The position numbers and the translations under genes are program-made. The notes below the pieces were generated by a model that was not told where the DNA came from, did not search any database, and worked only from the letters and a program-made list of their open reading frames with translations. A stretch of DNA of 64,000 nucleotides from Nitrososphaeria archaeon (GTDB lineage Archaea > Thermoproteota > Nitrososphaeria > JACIWG01), in contig CAVVXT010000012.1 of NCBI GenBank assembly GCA_963752255.1, positions 64,001-128,000 on the forward strand. Reading direction: 5' to 3'. This document shows, piece by piece, positions 21,911 through 32,514 of the stretch. The first letter of the stretch is position 1. Each line of letters begins with the position of its first letter.

Positions 21911-22819
21911 TCAAACTCCAACGCCTAATCTTTCAGCCACCGTTAGGTAAAAGCCAGCTAACCCCTTCCATTTACCCCACTTGCTGGCTGTTACACGTGC
22001 TTCCTTGCTTGAAATCTCTGCATCACTAAAGTAATAGTGTGAAATGGACCTCCTTAACCCAAGGTCATCTGCAGGAATAGCATCGAATCTATGCATTCCT
22101 CGTAGTACTGTTAGCTCAGCAGTCCACAATCCGATACCCCTTATCTTATCTAGCTCATCAATGATTTTTTCTGTACTTTCAAAGTCATTGAACTTTTCTA
22201 GATCTAACTCATTACTTGCTATGGACTTTGATATGCTGTTAATGTATTCTGCCTTCCTCATGCTCAAACCGCATTTACGTAGCTGTCCAAGACTGGCATA
22301 AGCCAGTCTTTGTGGTCTTGGATAAGAATAAAAGACTTCGCCGTCGACCTCCAAGGGATCGCCAAATTTAATTATCAAGTCTCTCTGTAGGCCATGAGCT
22401 ACTTCTAGGGAGATTTGTTGTTCAATTATCGAATCTATTAGCGCTTCGAAGACAGTGGGGGTGGCTGGGCTCTTTAGACCCTTAAGTCTTTCGATTATTC
22501 CACTCATCGTTTTATCCCCTTTCACGTCCTTATAGAACAGTTTAAGGTCCAGATCCAAGTTAAAAATAGAACGTACATTCTCCCGAGCTGTGTCGATTTT
22601 TATATCATCTGTATATCCAGATTTTAGTTCGATTGACAACTTCGGCTTATCAACAGAACCTAATGATCTGACGATAATGAGCACTAAATGATCTTCAAAT
22701 CGCAAGGCCTGCCAAAATCTTTCACCTTCATATTTACGTATACGTCTATCACCGTATGAAAAGATCTTTGAACTGAGGTCGAAGTCAAAAGGGGGAACCG
22801 AGTCTATAATAATCTCCAT
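21911..22819 (-). CDS. alkA: DNA-3-methyladenine glycosylase (AlkA/HhH-GPD)
   Basis: FEALIDSIIEQQIS, IRGIGLWTAE, PADDLGL. Confidence 0.9.
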   Translation of the reverse strand: MEIIIDSVPPFDFDLSSKIFSYGDRRIRKYEGERFWQALRFEDHLVLIIVRSLGSVDKPKLSIELKSGYTDDIKIDTARENVRSIFNLDLDLKLFYKDVKGDKTMSGIIERLKGLKSPATPTVFEALIDSIIEQQISLEVAHGLQRDLIIKFGDPLEVDGEVFYSYPRPQRLAYASLGQLRKCGLSMRKAEYINSISKSIASNELDLEKFNDFESTEKIIDELDKIRGIGLWTAELTVLRGMHRFDAIPADDLGLRRSISHYYFSDAEISSKEARVTASKWGKWKGLAGFYLTVAERLGVGV

Positions 22820-22939
22820 AGCTTACTTCCTATTCAACCATTAACCTTAGTTAAGTATAAAAAATTTAAAAAAAAACCCATCATTGACATAGGAATAAAG
22901 CAAAAACTTGGAGAGTCCCTAATGGCTGCTGAACCGAAA

Positions 22940-23368
22940 TTACAGGAAGTTCAGCCTCGATGCATATCTTTCAGCCTGCTGACAAATTCGGCCAGATTCT
23001 AGGTCCTTTTCTTCTGGTATATCAATACCGAACTTATTCATCAAACAACTTCGGATATACTTTTCAAGAGTGTAAGAGCCGATGCCAAACAGCATATGTA
23101 AGGCTTCATGAAATTTGTTAATGTTGGATGGAATCTCCTCCCTAGTCAACCCATAGTCAGCTTCTGCAAAATAGTACACCGACTTCTTTACATTAACTCC
23201 TAAGATGGAGAGGGCTTCATCGATAGCCTCTAGAACCATGTTGTCTGTCGCAGACAGCCCCCCTTCCTTCAAGTCAGCATCCTCCAAACAAGTATAAGAT
23301 AACCCCCTTTCTTTCTTCATATTGATTTTCTCGAAAAGAGGCAAATGTGGAAACTTGTTCGGTTCCAT
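22940..23368 (-). CDS. NitrOD5/DUF3227-like signalling output domain protein
   Basis: EAIDEALSILG..VKKSVYY......GL..EEIP....KF..AL..LFG.GS..LEK.I pattern recalled for this family. The C-terminus may be frameshifted. Confidence 0.6.
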   Translation of the reverse strand: MEPNKFPHLPLFEKINMKKERGLSYTCLEDADLKEGGLSATDNMVLEAIDEALSILGVNVKKSVYYFAEADYGLTREEIPSNINKFHEALHMLFGIGSYTLEKYIRSCLMNKFGIDIPEEKDLESGRICQQAERYASRLNFL

Positions 23369-23428
23369 TGTGATGCATCAGTGTTGCTTTAGTTGACCAT
23401 GGGATTCCATCGCAAAATTTATCTAAGC

Positions 23429-24389
23429 TTAAAGTTTCACCATCCTTAATTTACCTAAAACGAAATCAGGGGCCAATAGGTTACCTGAGACAACTTCAAC
23501 GCCATATGATCTAAATACTTTATCGCCGGCACAAAAATCGATCCTGACCTTATCATATACCATAGATGTGTCCGAAATAAAAGCAAAGAGCTGAGCTTGT
23601 TCGCTGAAACTGATTATTCCATTCTCTTCCGACGTTGTCCCGAAGTAGCACGTTCCAAGCTCTTCAGCTTCTGCGACAAATGAACTTATCGGATCACATG
23701 TAAGGAGGACTATAGTGTTATTTCTGAACTCTATCGCGCTCTTCTTAAACTTTCCCATAGCATCTGCTATCTCTTTACGTATCCAGACACCAGAATGTCC
23801 TCCTTCATCTCTACTGGCGAAGCTCGTCATCAGTGACACATCTAAGGGTGGAAGAAGGGTGAACTCAGTATTATCTTTCAGGAAGTTGATTTCATTCATC
23901 GCATAGAAGGCCTTACTGCTATCAATTGAAGAACGCTGAACTCCAGTTTTGGTATTATATCCCATCTTCTCTATCTCCAACATAGCGAGCCTTGGCACCG
24001 CAAATATGAGATTTTTCAGAGTTGGACCGAGAAAGTATGACAGAAGCTTTGAACAATATCGGCTACTGATGAATCCAATATCAGGAACCAAGTATTTGTA
24101 GCTCATCTTCGAAAGAAAGAATTCTTTCCAGTCTGGGGCTGTTATAAGCTTTCCCCACCTTTTCTCCTGGAAGAAAGGTGGTTATCCTAGAAGGATCATA
24201 TACGTTGAAGAATTGGGTGTTAAGGCCCAGTTCCTTCTGAAACTTGACACTCCTGGAAGCATCATCGTATTCCCAAACCTTATCTTGGTCCCTGTAGGCG
24301 CGTATGACAAGAGACGCGTTTTGGAGCTTTGCATTGAAATCTAATGCTTCTAAAAGCTCTGAGAACTGCTTCCCCTCTACTACGCTCAA
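23429..24389 (-). CDS. Hypothetical protein with PIN-like core (two overlapping ORFs, possibly one frameshifted gene)
   Basis: LVPDIGFI, AVPRLAMLEIEK and LLTCD resemble PIN acidic motifs. ORFs 24081-24389 and 23429-24106 overlap by 26 nt. Confidence 0.45.
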
Positions 24390-24887
24390 ATTCCATCAGA
24401 AAGATGTAAAAGTGCCATAATATAATCTTTGACCAACACTTCGACCCTACCTTATTAGGACCATCTTCTTGAATTCTTCGACAGCCCTCAGGAAGGATAC
24501 ATCCACCGGAACATAGTCCTTGTCGATCTGCTTAAACATCTACCTCCATATGGCCTCTACGACAAAAATAAACTTGGAGCATAGGCAAAAAAAGAGCCAC
24601 AAGGAAGTCTTCAAACTCCTCCGAATGCTCGCAGACCTTAAAGAATTGCAGGGTATGCTTTCGAGTGAACTGTATTATTATTGTTGCGTCAAATATGACA
24701 ATTTATCAAGTGATGGCTGATGATGAACGCTGATGATATTTATTTGATGATAGCCGATGATTATGACTACGGAAGGTGTTGACCCTGACGGCAATCTGAC
24801 AAAACAACATATTGACAAAGCCCCAGAAAAAGACCTCAGAATATGATTGTTTAACGCCTTTCCAACATATTAAAGATATATTTGAAT

Positions 24888-26139
24888 TCAAACCCTTTTC
24901 CGTAAAGGAAGTGTTATTATGAACTTTGAACCCTTTCCAACACTACTTCCCACGGTTATACTTCCACCATGCGCCTCTACCAGTCTTTTACATATTGCAA
25001 GCCCTAATCTTGTACCCTTTGATTTAGTAGTAAAGAATGGCTTGAAGAGTTTTTGTAAATTCTCCTCAGATATACCCACACCTGTATCTTCAACGCTAAC
25101 TATTCCTTCTTTTTCAGTGTTCGACATTTTTATTTGTAGATTACCTCCCTCAGGCATAACTTTGATAGCGTTCGTGATCAAGTTAGTAAACACCCTTGCC
25201 ATAAAGGCTGAATCAATAAATACTTCAGGGAAACCGTCTTGAACGTCAATTCTAAACGTGATATTATTAGGGATTTCAATTGTTAAAATAAGTGAGTCTA
25301 GAAGCTTCGGCAAGTTTGTTGAGGCAAAAGCTGGTTTAAGAGATCTTGCATAATGGAAATTTAAGGACAGCTTGGACACTTTCAAATAAAGTTAAGAATT
25401 CCTTCGATCTTTGTTGTGCCTCTTTTAAAGCAACTTCAAGGTTTTTTTCAGCAACTTTTCTTATTGTTATATCTCTTGCATAAAAGTTAACGTATCCCTT
25501 TTAAAGCACCAACTTCACATAAAATAGATACGTTCTTGAATTGTGTTCGATCCCAACACTCTTAACTTCTTCACTTTTACTAACTTCCAAGATCAAGTTC
25601 TTCCAGAAATCTGATGCATAGTATCCTACCTCCCCTACCATGCCCTTAAGCAGTTCTTTGGTGGCTCTGTTCTCATATAGTACTGCGTCATCAATTCCTA
25701 GGCGAAAAACTGGATTTGGGTTTTCTTCCGGAAAACTTGCATGGTCCTCAATTTGTTCTTCTGCTACCTTTTCCTTTGTTATATCATATAAAGTGATTAC
25801 CGATTTGCCATCCCTAAGCATTTTCATTTCTGTTTTCACATATCTCAATTCACCATCCTGACTAGATATACGATAAATTGATGGACCACCTCCTTCAGCT
25901 AAATGCCTTCTAAAAGCTGTATACACATTCTTTTGGTCTCCCTCAACTGGAAAAACCTTGGCTATCGTATCCTTTACGTTCTTGATTTCATCCAGATTGC
26001 AGCCAAGGATTCGACCGGATTTAGGGTTAGCATATATAATATCCTCATCCTTTCCGACTAAAATGATACCATAAGGTACAGTATTCAAGATGGATAGAAG
26101 GGTTCTTCCTATTCCAACCTTCTTTGCGATTTCAGCCAA
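24888..26139 (-). pseudogene. PAS sensor histidine kinase, disrupted and lacking the HisKA domain
   Basis: Two PAS domains (…YDITKEK; ENPNPV…YARDITIRK) and HATPase ([26 protein letters not shown]). An in-frame stop and a frameshift lie between them, and no H-box is present. Confidence 0.75.
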
Positions 26140-26271
26140 CTACAAACGGCTTTCGCAAATGTAGTGTTTCCTTATATACTTTGACTTACGTTTGTAATCA
26201 GCAAGGTTTATTTAAGCAATAAACTTCTCATCACTAGATTGACTTTCCAATGTGAGTCACAGTGAAAAGTA

Positions 26272-28143
26272 ATGGCCAATTACACTCTGTTGGATGCAAA
26301 ATATGATGGTAATGTAGTCAGACTATTTTATCTCTCTGATAAAGGTAAAATTGAGGAGTGGAATGAAGGAATAGAATATCACCCCTACTTCTACTCCCTT
26401 GAAGATTCTGATACACTAAGCGAAGTAAAAGATCTGGGCTGTAAGATAACCCCGGACAGGAAGAAGGAGCTTTTCTCAGATAAAGAGCTGGGATATTATA
26501 GAATCGTTGGAAAAGAAGCAGCACTCGAAGAAGCGAGACGGGTTTTAAATAAGGTCTGGGAAGACGATCTCCAAGTTGAGGAAAAATATGCCTTTGATAA
26601 AGGTATAAGGTTCGGCGTTACATACGGCGATTTCGGTGAAAGTTTTCGACCAATCGGCGTTGATGCTAAAGTTTTCGAAGAAACTTTCGGTGATCTTATG
26701 GATTCAGACTCGATAAAATACGATCTTGCCAAGAAATTCTTCAATATTATTGAGCAGCCACTTCCTGATATACCAGAGGAAGTCTCAAAACGTTACAAAT
26801 ATGATAAGGATAGAATGCTTCAAGCTTTATATCTTTCACGGATTACCAATAGCCCAATAACTTTTAGAAACGCTCCTCCAAGTAACTTCATTAAAGCATT
26901 GTACTACCTATACCTGAAGAGCGAAGGGTATGTAATTCCTAAACCAGAAGAGTTCGCACGCGGTGAGAGTCCTAGAGGTATCTACGGGAAAGCAGCGTTG
27001 GTGATGACACCTGAGAAAGGTATATTCTTGAATACCTATGCTCTTGACTTCGAGTCACTCTACCCGAGTTGTATTGATGTCTATAATCTATCACATGAAA
27101 CAGTAAATTGCGAACATCATGAATGCCTGACAAATAAAGTACCTGAAGAGCAACATCATATCTGTACAAAAAGAAGAGGGAAATATTCCACTTTGATTGG
27201 GACGCTCAAAGACCTCAGAATAAGATATTACAAAAAGAAAGGAAGAGAAGGAGAGCCGAACGCAAAGGTCATTTCTGAAGTCCTAAAGATGATACTGGTC
27301 ATCTGCTATGGTGTGACGATAAGGATAAAAGGTCTCGCGAACCCCGCGCTTGCTGAATCTATAACAGCATACTCCAGAAATGCACTGAAAACCGCATGGA
27401 AGTTTGCTCTCGAACAAAACCTAAGACCTATCTATGGAGATACGGATTCCCTTTTTGTTGTAAACCCTTATGGTAAACAGCTGCAAACGTTGATTAACAG
27501 GGTAAGGAATGAGCTCAGGCTCGACCTTGCTATAGACAAGAATTATAAGGTCTGTGTCTTCTCATCCGCTAAGAAGGCGTACCTTGGGATATACGAGAGT
27601 GGTAAGATCGATCCTAAGGGCCTTGTAGCCTTCAAGTCGAACACACCAAGATTTGTCAGAAACGTGCTTGAGGAAACAGCGATGGAGCTTGCCAAGATAA
27701 ACTCTCAGGATGATATAGTAGATGTCCGGAATAGAGTATACAGGATATTGGAAAGCAGGGATAAAGATCTTCTTGAGAAGAGGTTTGAGGTCAAAGATAT
27801 GGAATTTAATGTTATACTACATAAGAAGCCTTCAGAAATAGCTAGTTCAAACGTATTCGCCCAAACCTATCAGTGTGCGATTCAGATGATCGATTCCGGA
27901 ATCGATTTGAGAAGAGGCCAAGTTATAACCTTTGCAAAGGTAAAGGCCTTTAACTATCGAGGGAAAAAATTTACTGTTAAGCCAATAGACTTCGTTAAGA
28001 AGGAAGAAATCAACATAGCAGATTATGTATCTAACTTGTACAGCATGATGGGCCAGATATTGGAGCCCTTGGGGATAAGTAAACGTGACACAGAGAAAGG
28101 ATACGATACCCTTACGAAATGGTTTAAGAATGTAACGAATTAA
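26272..28143 (+). CDS. polB: Family B DNA polymerase, PolB1-derived, lacking the 3'-5' exonuclease domain
   Basis: DFESLYPS and YGDTDS intact, HETVNCEH..C...H.C Zn-like insert, KKAY. Only 623 aa, with no Exo I/II motifs seen. Confidence 0.85.
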   Translation: MANYTLLDAKYDGNVVRLFYLSDKGKIEEWNEGIEYHPYFYSLEDSDTLSEVKDLGCKITPDRKKELFSDKELGYYRIVGKEAALEEARRVLNKVWEDDLQVEEKYAFDKGIRFGVTYGDFGESFRPIGVDAKVFEETFGDLMDSDSIKYDLAKKFFNIIEQPLPDIPEEVSKRYKYDKDRMLQALYLSRITNSPITFRNAPPSNFIKALYYLYLKSEGYVIPKPEEFARGESPRGIYGKAALVMTPEKGIFLNTYALDFESLYPSCIDVYNLSHETVNCEHHECLTNKVPEEQHHICTKRRGKYSTLIGTLKDLRIRYYKKKGREGEPNAKVISEVLKMILVICYGVTIRIKGLANPALAESITAYSRNALKTAWKFALEQNLRPIYGDTDSLFVVNPYGKQLQTLINRVRNELRLDLAIDKNYKVCVFSSAKKAYLGIYESGKIDPKGLVAFKSNTPRFVRNVLEETAMELAKINSQDDIVDVRNRVYRILESRDKDLLEKRFEVKDMEFNVILHKKPSEIASSNVFAQTYQCAIQMIDSGIDLRRGQVITFAKVKAFNYRGKKFTVKPIDFVKKEEINIADYVSNLYSMMGQILEPLGISKRDTEKGYDTLTKWFKNVTN

Positions 28144-28455
28144 ACCTTATTCACTTTTTTAAAAGAATATGACTTTTTATACGATTCTACACTTAAAGGG
28201 GATATAGAAATTCATGATTAATTGATTTCGGATGATGGAGAAGCAACTAAGAAAAAGAATTCTAACTCTTACCACGTTATATGGTCTTTAAAAGAAAGGT
28301 AACGATAGATGGGTAAACAAAAATAAATGACAATATTTAGTACTTACATACTGAAACACGGTTTCATTTTCAATTAATTAACTATCGTCGGGAAATAAGA
28401 TAGTTGAAATAAAGATTCGACATGGTTTTTAATAGCATTGTTTAGAGCTTGGAAT

Positions 28456-29526
28456 CTATGCGAACCTGCTGCGTGCATTAATCGGCCAGATAGCTTCTAT
28501 TTCAGAGTCTCTAATCGCATAGAATTTATCGTGAAGGTTCACAGTAGTGCATATATGGCTAGGATATAGTTCTATAATATCCCCGACTCTAAATCTGTTT
28601 TTGGTTCCAAGATTTAAAACTCCATGTTCATCACTTGAAACCCGGCATTCTACCTCTCCCATACCCTTTACCTGAGGCATTCCGGAATCGGTTGAGCAAG
28701 CTTTCGTACCGCAATCAACGACAACTCTATCTGAAGAGGAAATACTAATTACTCTTGATAATACTGTTACGGCCATATCAAACTCTGGGGCAGCGACCTT
28801 GTATCTCCAATCCATTAGAGCATAGGAACCGGCTTGAACTTCGTCTAGGACGTTAAATTCGTACTTGTATGTTCCAGTTCCCGCACCGCTTACAACTTCA
28901 AGGTAGATACCGGCGTGTTCAAAGTCTTCTCTAAGAACTTTTATTTGGTCTATAACTTTTTTTACTTCTTCCATTTTCTTATCTTTCCCTATCGTATGTT
29001 CGGCCATTTGCAGGTGACCATCATACGCTTGAATGCCTTTTAGTTTCACACCCTTTAGCGAAGAGATCGCCTTAGCAAGATTCAATGTTTCCGAAGGTTC
29101 GACGCCACACCTGTTCATTCCAACGTTCACTTCTATTAAAAGACCCATCTGTTTATTCTTCCTTTCAGCCGATCGAGAAATAAGTCTGATGTTTTCTATA
29201 TCATCGACTAAACACTTGATTTCAGAAAAGTTCAGAAGGTTGACCATCTTTTGAATCTTGGACTCTTGAACTATCTGATTTGTAAGAAGGATTTCACGGA
29301 CACCTGCGTTTACTAAGACTTCCGCCTCACTTAGCGTTTGACAGCAAACACCGGAAGCTCCATATTGTAATTCTCTCCAAGCTACCGCAGTGGACTTTGG
29401 TGTCTTGAAATGAGCCCTTAACTTCGTTTTCTTTCCTGACAGCCATTCTTTCATAACCGTCAAATTCTTTTCCATAAGGTCCAAGTCTATCATAATAGCG
29501 GGTGTTTCGATATCTGCTATCTTCAA
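28456..29526 (-). CDS. D-threonine aldolase / DSD1-like PLP enzyme (alanine racemase fold)
   Basis: TPA...D, RAHFKT (PLP Lys), RCGV, YDGH, GAGTG, QAGSY, EHG and PSHIC motifs. Confidence 0.88.
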   Translation of the reverse strand: MKIADIETPAIMIDLDLMEKNLTVMKEWLSGKKTKLRAHFKTPKSTAVAWRELQYGASGVCCQTLSEAEVLVNAGVREILLTNQIVQESKIQKMVNLLNFSEIKCLVDDIENIRLISRSAERKNKQMGLLIEVNVGMNRCGVEPSETLNLAKAISSLKGVKLKGIQAYDGHLQMAEHTIGKDKKMEEVKKVIDQIKVLREDFEHAGIYLEVVSGAGTGTYKYEFNVLDEVQAGSYALMDWRYKVAAPEFDMAVTVLSRVISISSSDRVVVDCGTKACSTDSGMPQVKGMGEVECRVSSDEHGVLNLGTKNRFRVGDIIELYPSHICTTVNLHDKFYAIRDSEIEAIWPINARSRFA

Positions 29527-29699
29527 ATTTGTTCTTATGCTTTATATATTTTTGACTTATTAAATATTCTGTAAGAAAATTGGAGCTCTTATTTTTCATT
29601 TTCATTCGTATAACACGACTTGCACAGGTGTTTTTCTATTGTCAGATCTTCTTTAAAAGCTCCTTAAGAGAACTTAACACTAGGTTGCTGAAGTCTTTT

Positions 29700-29984
29700 T
29701 TTCCTGAACCTTATATTTAATTTCACCTCGAAGCATCATAGCTGAAGACAAGCCCAGTTCGTTCGATAAGCACCAGCCAAATTAAACAAAGAGTATTGAG
29801 ATTAGAGACAGGAATGAAAGATAGTCTCAGAACCTGTTATGTATATTTCCCTTTGTACTTTTTTTAAAATATCTTCAGCTATTGCCTTCACTTTCTCACT
29901 ATTCTCGTCATAAGTTTTGTTTTGTGCTTCCGGCTCTTCAAGTATCTCAATTAACAGACTATGGCCAAATGCGTTTCCTATCAT
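29700..29984 (-). pseudogene. Decayed SIS-domain (GlmS C-terminal-like) gene remnant
   Basis: 'EILEEPEA...IYITGSETIFHSCL' parallels GlmS 'EISEQ...FLVACGSSYHSCL', followed by stops. Overlaps the stop of the GlmU-like gene. Confidence 0.55.
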
Positions 29985-31276
29985 CTTTTTTCCATCCTCT
30001 CTTTTTCTTTATCCACCTTTCCTTCGTTGAATTCCTGTTTTAGATAGACCTTTGAATTAGGCGCCGTATCATTGTATAGAATAACCCCTGGACCGACGAT
30101 ACTGCTTGAGCCTATCTTAACCCCGGGCATTAACATGGCTCCAACTCCAATATATGACCCCTCACCCATCATTGCCCCTAGCTTCATTCTTCCAGTATCC
30201 TGTAGGATGCTGTTAACGGAGACCTTTATCGTTTTTTTATCAAACCTAAGGTTTGCGGTTAACGTTCTGTCACCAAGAAGACAACTATCAGCTATTACGC
30301 TGTCTCCGATGTAGTTTGAGTGGAAAAAACATTCGTTCCCGATGTATGATCTGGTTATCTCTGTTGAAAATCCGATTGTACAGCCACTTCCTATGTGTAC
30401 GTGATCTCTTACAAGTGAACAGTTTCCTATAGTCGTTTTTGGCCCTATATAACACGGTCCCTTGATTATTGCACCTTCTAAGATTTGAACCCCATCTGAA
30501 ATGAAGACGTTTCCATTCACGGTAGCCTTTTTCGATATGTGAGCTGAACCGGATATCTTGGAAACCTTTAAACTATTTAGAAAATATTCCGCAGCCTCAA
30601 GAATATGCCATGGATACTTGATGGCGATCCATGGGCCGTCATATTCTAAAACCTTCACTTTATAGCCCTTTTTTATAAGGCTGGTAAACGCACTTTCGTA
30701 AATATCGTCATCTGCGCTCTTCGTCTTTTCAATTTGATTAAGAAGTTTTTTTGGATCCCTGTGAAAGTGAACCACTATGTTGACGAGATTACTTGGCTCG
30801 TTGCCCGGTCCTGGTTTTTCTGAGATACTTAGAAGTTCGTGCTTGGAGTTGACAACCAAATATCCGCCTGGAAAATATGAGTCGACTCTATGAGCTACAA
30901 TAGATGAATCATATCCATTGCTCTCAGCTTCTATGATATTGTGGTATAAAGAAGAAGAAAAAATATCGTTGGGATTAACCACTAAAATTTCGTCGTTCAA
31001 GATAGCGTCTTTAGCTTTCATAAGCGCGTCAGCCATTCCAAAAGGGCCGTCTTGGACGAAGAAAACGGCTTTAACTTTGATTCTTGAGAATATGGACTTA
31101 ATCTTTTTAATGTTAGAAGAATTGCCTACGATCACGAAATCATTTAAACCGATCTTTCTAGCCTGTTCTATATGATGTTCAAGCAAAGGCTTACCCAAGA
31201 AGTCAAGTAAACACTTGTCCTTCTTTATCGGAAACATCCTTTTACCTACTCCACCACATAAGAATATAATCTTCAT
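29981..31276 (-). CDS. glmU: Bifunctional sugar-1-phosphate nucleotidylyltransferase/acetyltransferase (archaeal GlmU-like)
   Basis: LCGGVGKRMFP...K, YPWHIL, hexapeptide repeats, TANLRFD, TGRMKLGA. Confidence 0.85.
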   Translation of the reverse strand: MKIIFLCGGVGKRMFPIKKDKCLLDFLGKPLLEHHIEQARKIGLNDFVIVGNSSNIKKIKSIFSRIKVKAVFFVQDGPFGMADALMKAKDAILNDEILVVNPNDIFSSSLYHNIIEAESNGYDSSIVAHRVDSYFPGGYLVVNSKHELLSISEKPGPGNEPSNLVNIVVHFHRDPKKLLNQIEKTKSADDDIYESAFTSLIKKGYKVKVLEYDGPWIAIKYPWHILEAAEYFLNSLKVSKISGSAHISKKATVNGNVFISDGVQILEGAIIKGPCYIGPKTTIGNCSLVRDHVHIGSGCTIGFSTEITRSYIGNECFFHSNYIGDSVIADSCLLGDRTLTANLRFDKKTIKVSVNSILQDTGRMKLGAMMGEGSYIGVGAMLMPGVKIGSSSIVGPGVILYNDTAPNSKVYLKQEFNEGKVDKEKERMEKR

Positions 31277-31434
31277 TCCACCATTCTTCCTTCTAACAAT
31301 TACGTCATCTCTGGCTATTTAGTGTTTTCCAGCTGATATGATTTATGAAAAAATGGTATTCTACAATAGACAATAAGTGCGTCCATAACATACTTTAAAT
31401 ATAGCCAACTAGCGTAATTAAATTAGTGTTGGAT

Positions 31435-32473
31435 TTGAAAGCTGTTGGAAAAACTAGGCAAGAACGCTGGAATAGAAATTTTTGAAATAGAAGAGCCTAA
31501 ACTAGCTTCGGGTGACGTTTTAGTTGAAGTTAAAGCGACCGCAATCTGTGGCACAGACCTTCATTATTATCATTGGGACGGCTATGCTGAGAGGCACAAC
31601 CCAGGTTTCCCGAGGGTTCTTGGACATGAATTCTGCGGTGACGTCGTCAAAGTTGGAGAAGATGTTAAGTCTCTGAAGGTTGGGGATAGAGTCGCTGCCG
31701 AGACACATATACCCTGTGGTACTTGTTACTTCTGTAGAACAGGCAAGATGCACATATGTAAAAACATGAAGATATTTGGTGTAGACACTTTATATGGATC
31801 TTTCGCATTACACACAGTCTTACCTGAAATAATAGCTGTCAAGGTCCCGGACGGTATCAGTTACGAGGAAGGAGCTGTCTTAGAGCCTTTGGGGGTCGCT
31901 CTTCATGCAATCACAAAGGCTAATATCAAACCCGGAGACTCGGTTGTTATCACAGGATGTGGCCCAATAGGCTTATTTGCGCAACAGCTCGCCAAGGTTG
32001 CCGGTGCATCAAAGATCATTTCAACAGATCTTAAAGAATATAGGCTGGGTCTTTCCAAAAATATTGGAGTTACTGAAGCAATCAACGTAGCAACTGTTGA
32101 CCCCGTCAAAAGAGTGAAAGAGCTGACAGGAGGGGAGGGAGCGAGTGTTGTCATCGAAATCTCTGGTTCAAACGTTGCTATAAAACAAGCCCTTGAGATG
32201 GCGTCGCTTACGGGAAGGGTGGTACTTGTTGGAACAGCCCAGAAACCTACGGACATTGATACGACAAATATGCTGATTTACAAGGAGATAGATCTGTCGG
32301 GGATCACAGGTCGATTAATGTTCGACACATGGTATAGGGCAATCGAAATAGTATCAAACAGGTTAATTGATCTGCACCCTATTATAACTCATAAGCTATC
32401 CCTTGATGATGCTGAAAAAGCCTTTAATCTATCTGATAAGGGTGAAGCTGGTAAAGTTCTGTTTATACCTTAG
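31435..32473 (+). CDS. tdh: L-threonine 3-dehydrogenase-like Zn-dependent dehydrogenase
   Basis: ICGTDLH, GHE, ETHIPCGTCYFC...C, GCGPIG, GITGRLMFDTW. Possible indel just after the TTG start. Confidence 0.8.
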
Positions 32474-32514
32474 GTAGTTCCTTGAACATTCTGCTGTGGA
32501 ACCTGTTGCATGTC

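Noticed and set aside
24447-24539. 30-aa minus-strand ORF MFKQIDKDYVPVDVSFLRAVEEFKKMVLIR with GGAGGT upstream
   Set aside because: SD spacing is too short and the upstream frame is broken. It is likely the tail of a decayed gene that I cannot identify.
24700-24800. Cluster of TGATGA/CTGA words as a C/D-box sRNA
   Set aside because: Box spacing does not fit C-guide-D'-C'-guide-D. It is probably low-complexity decayed sequence.
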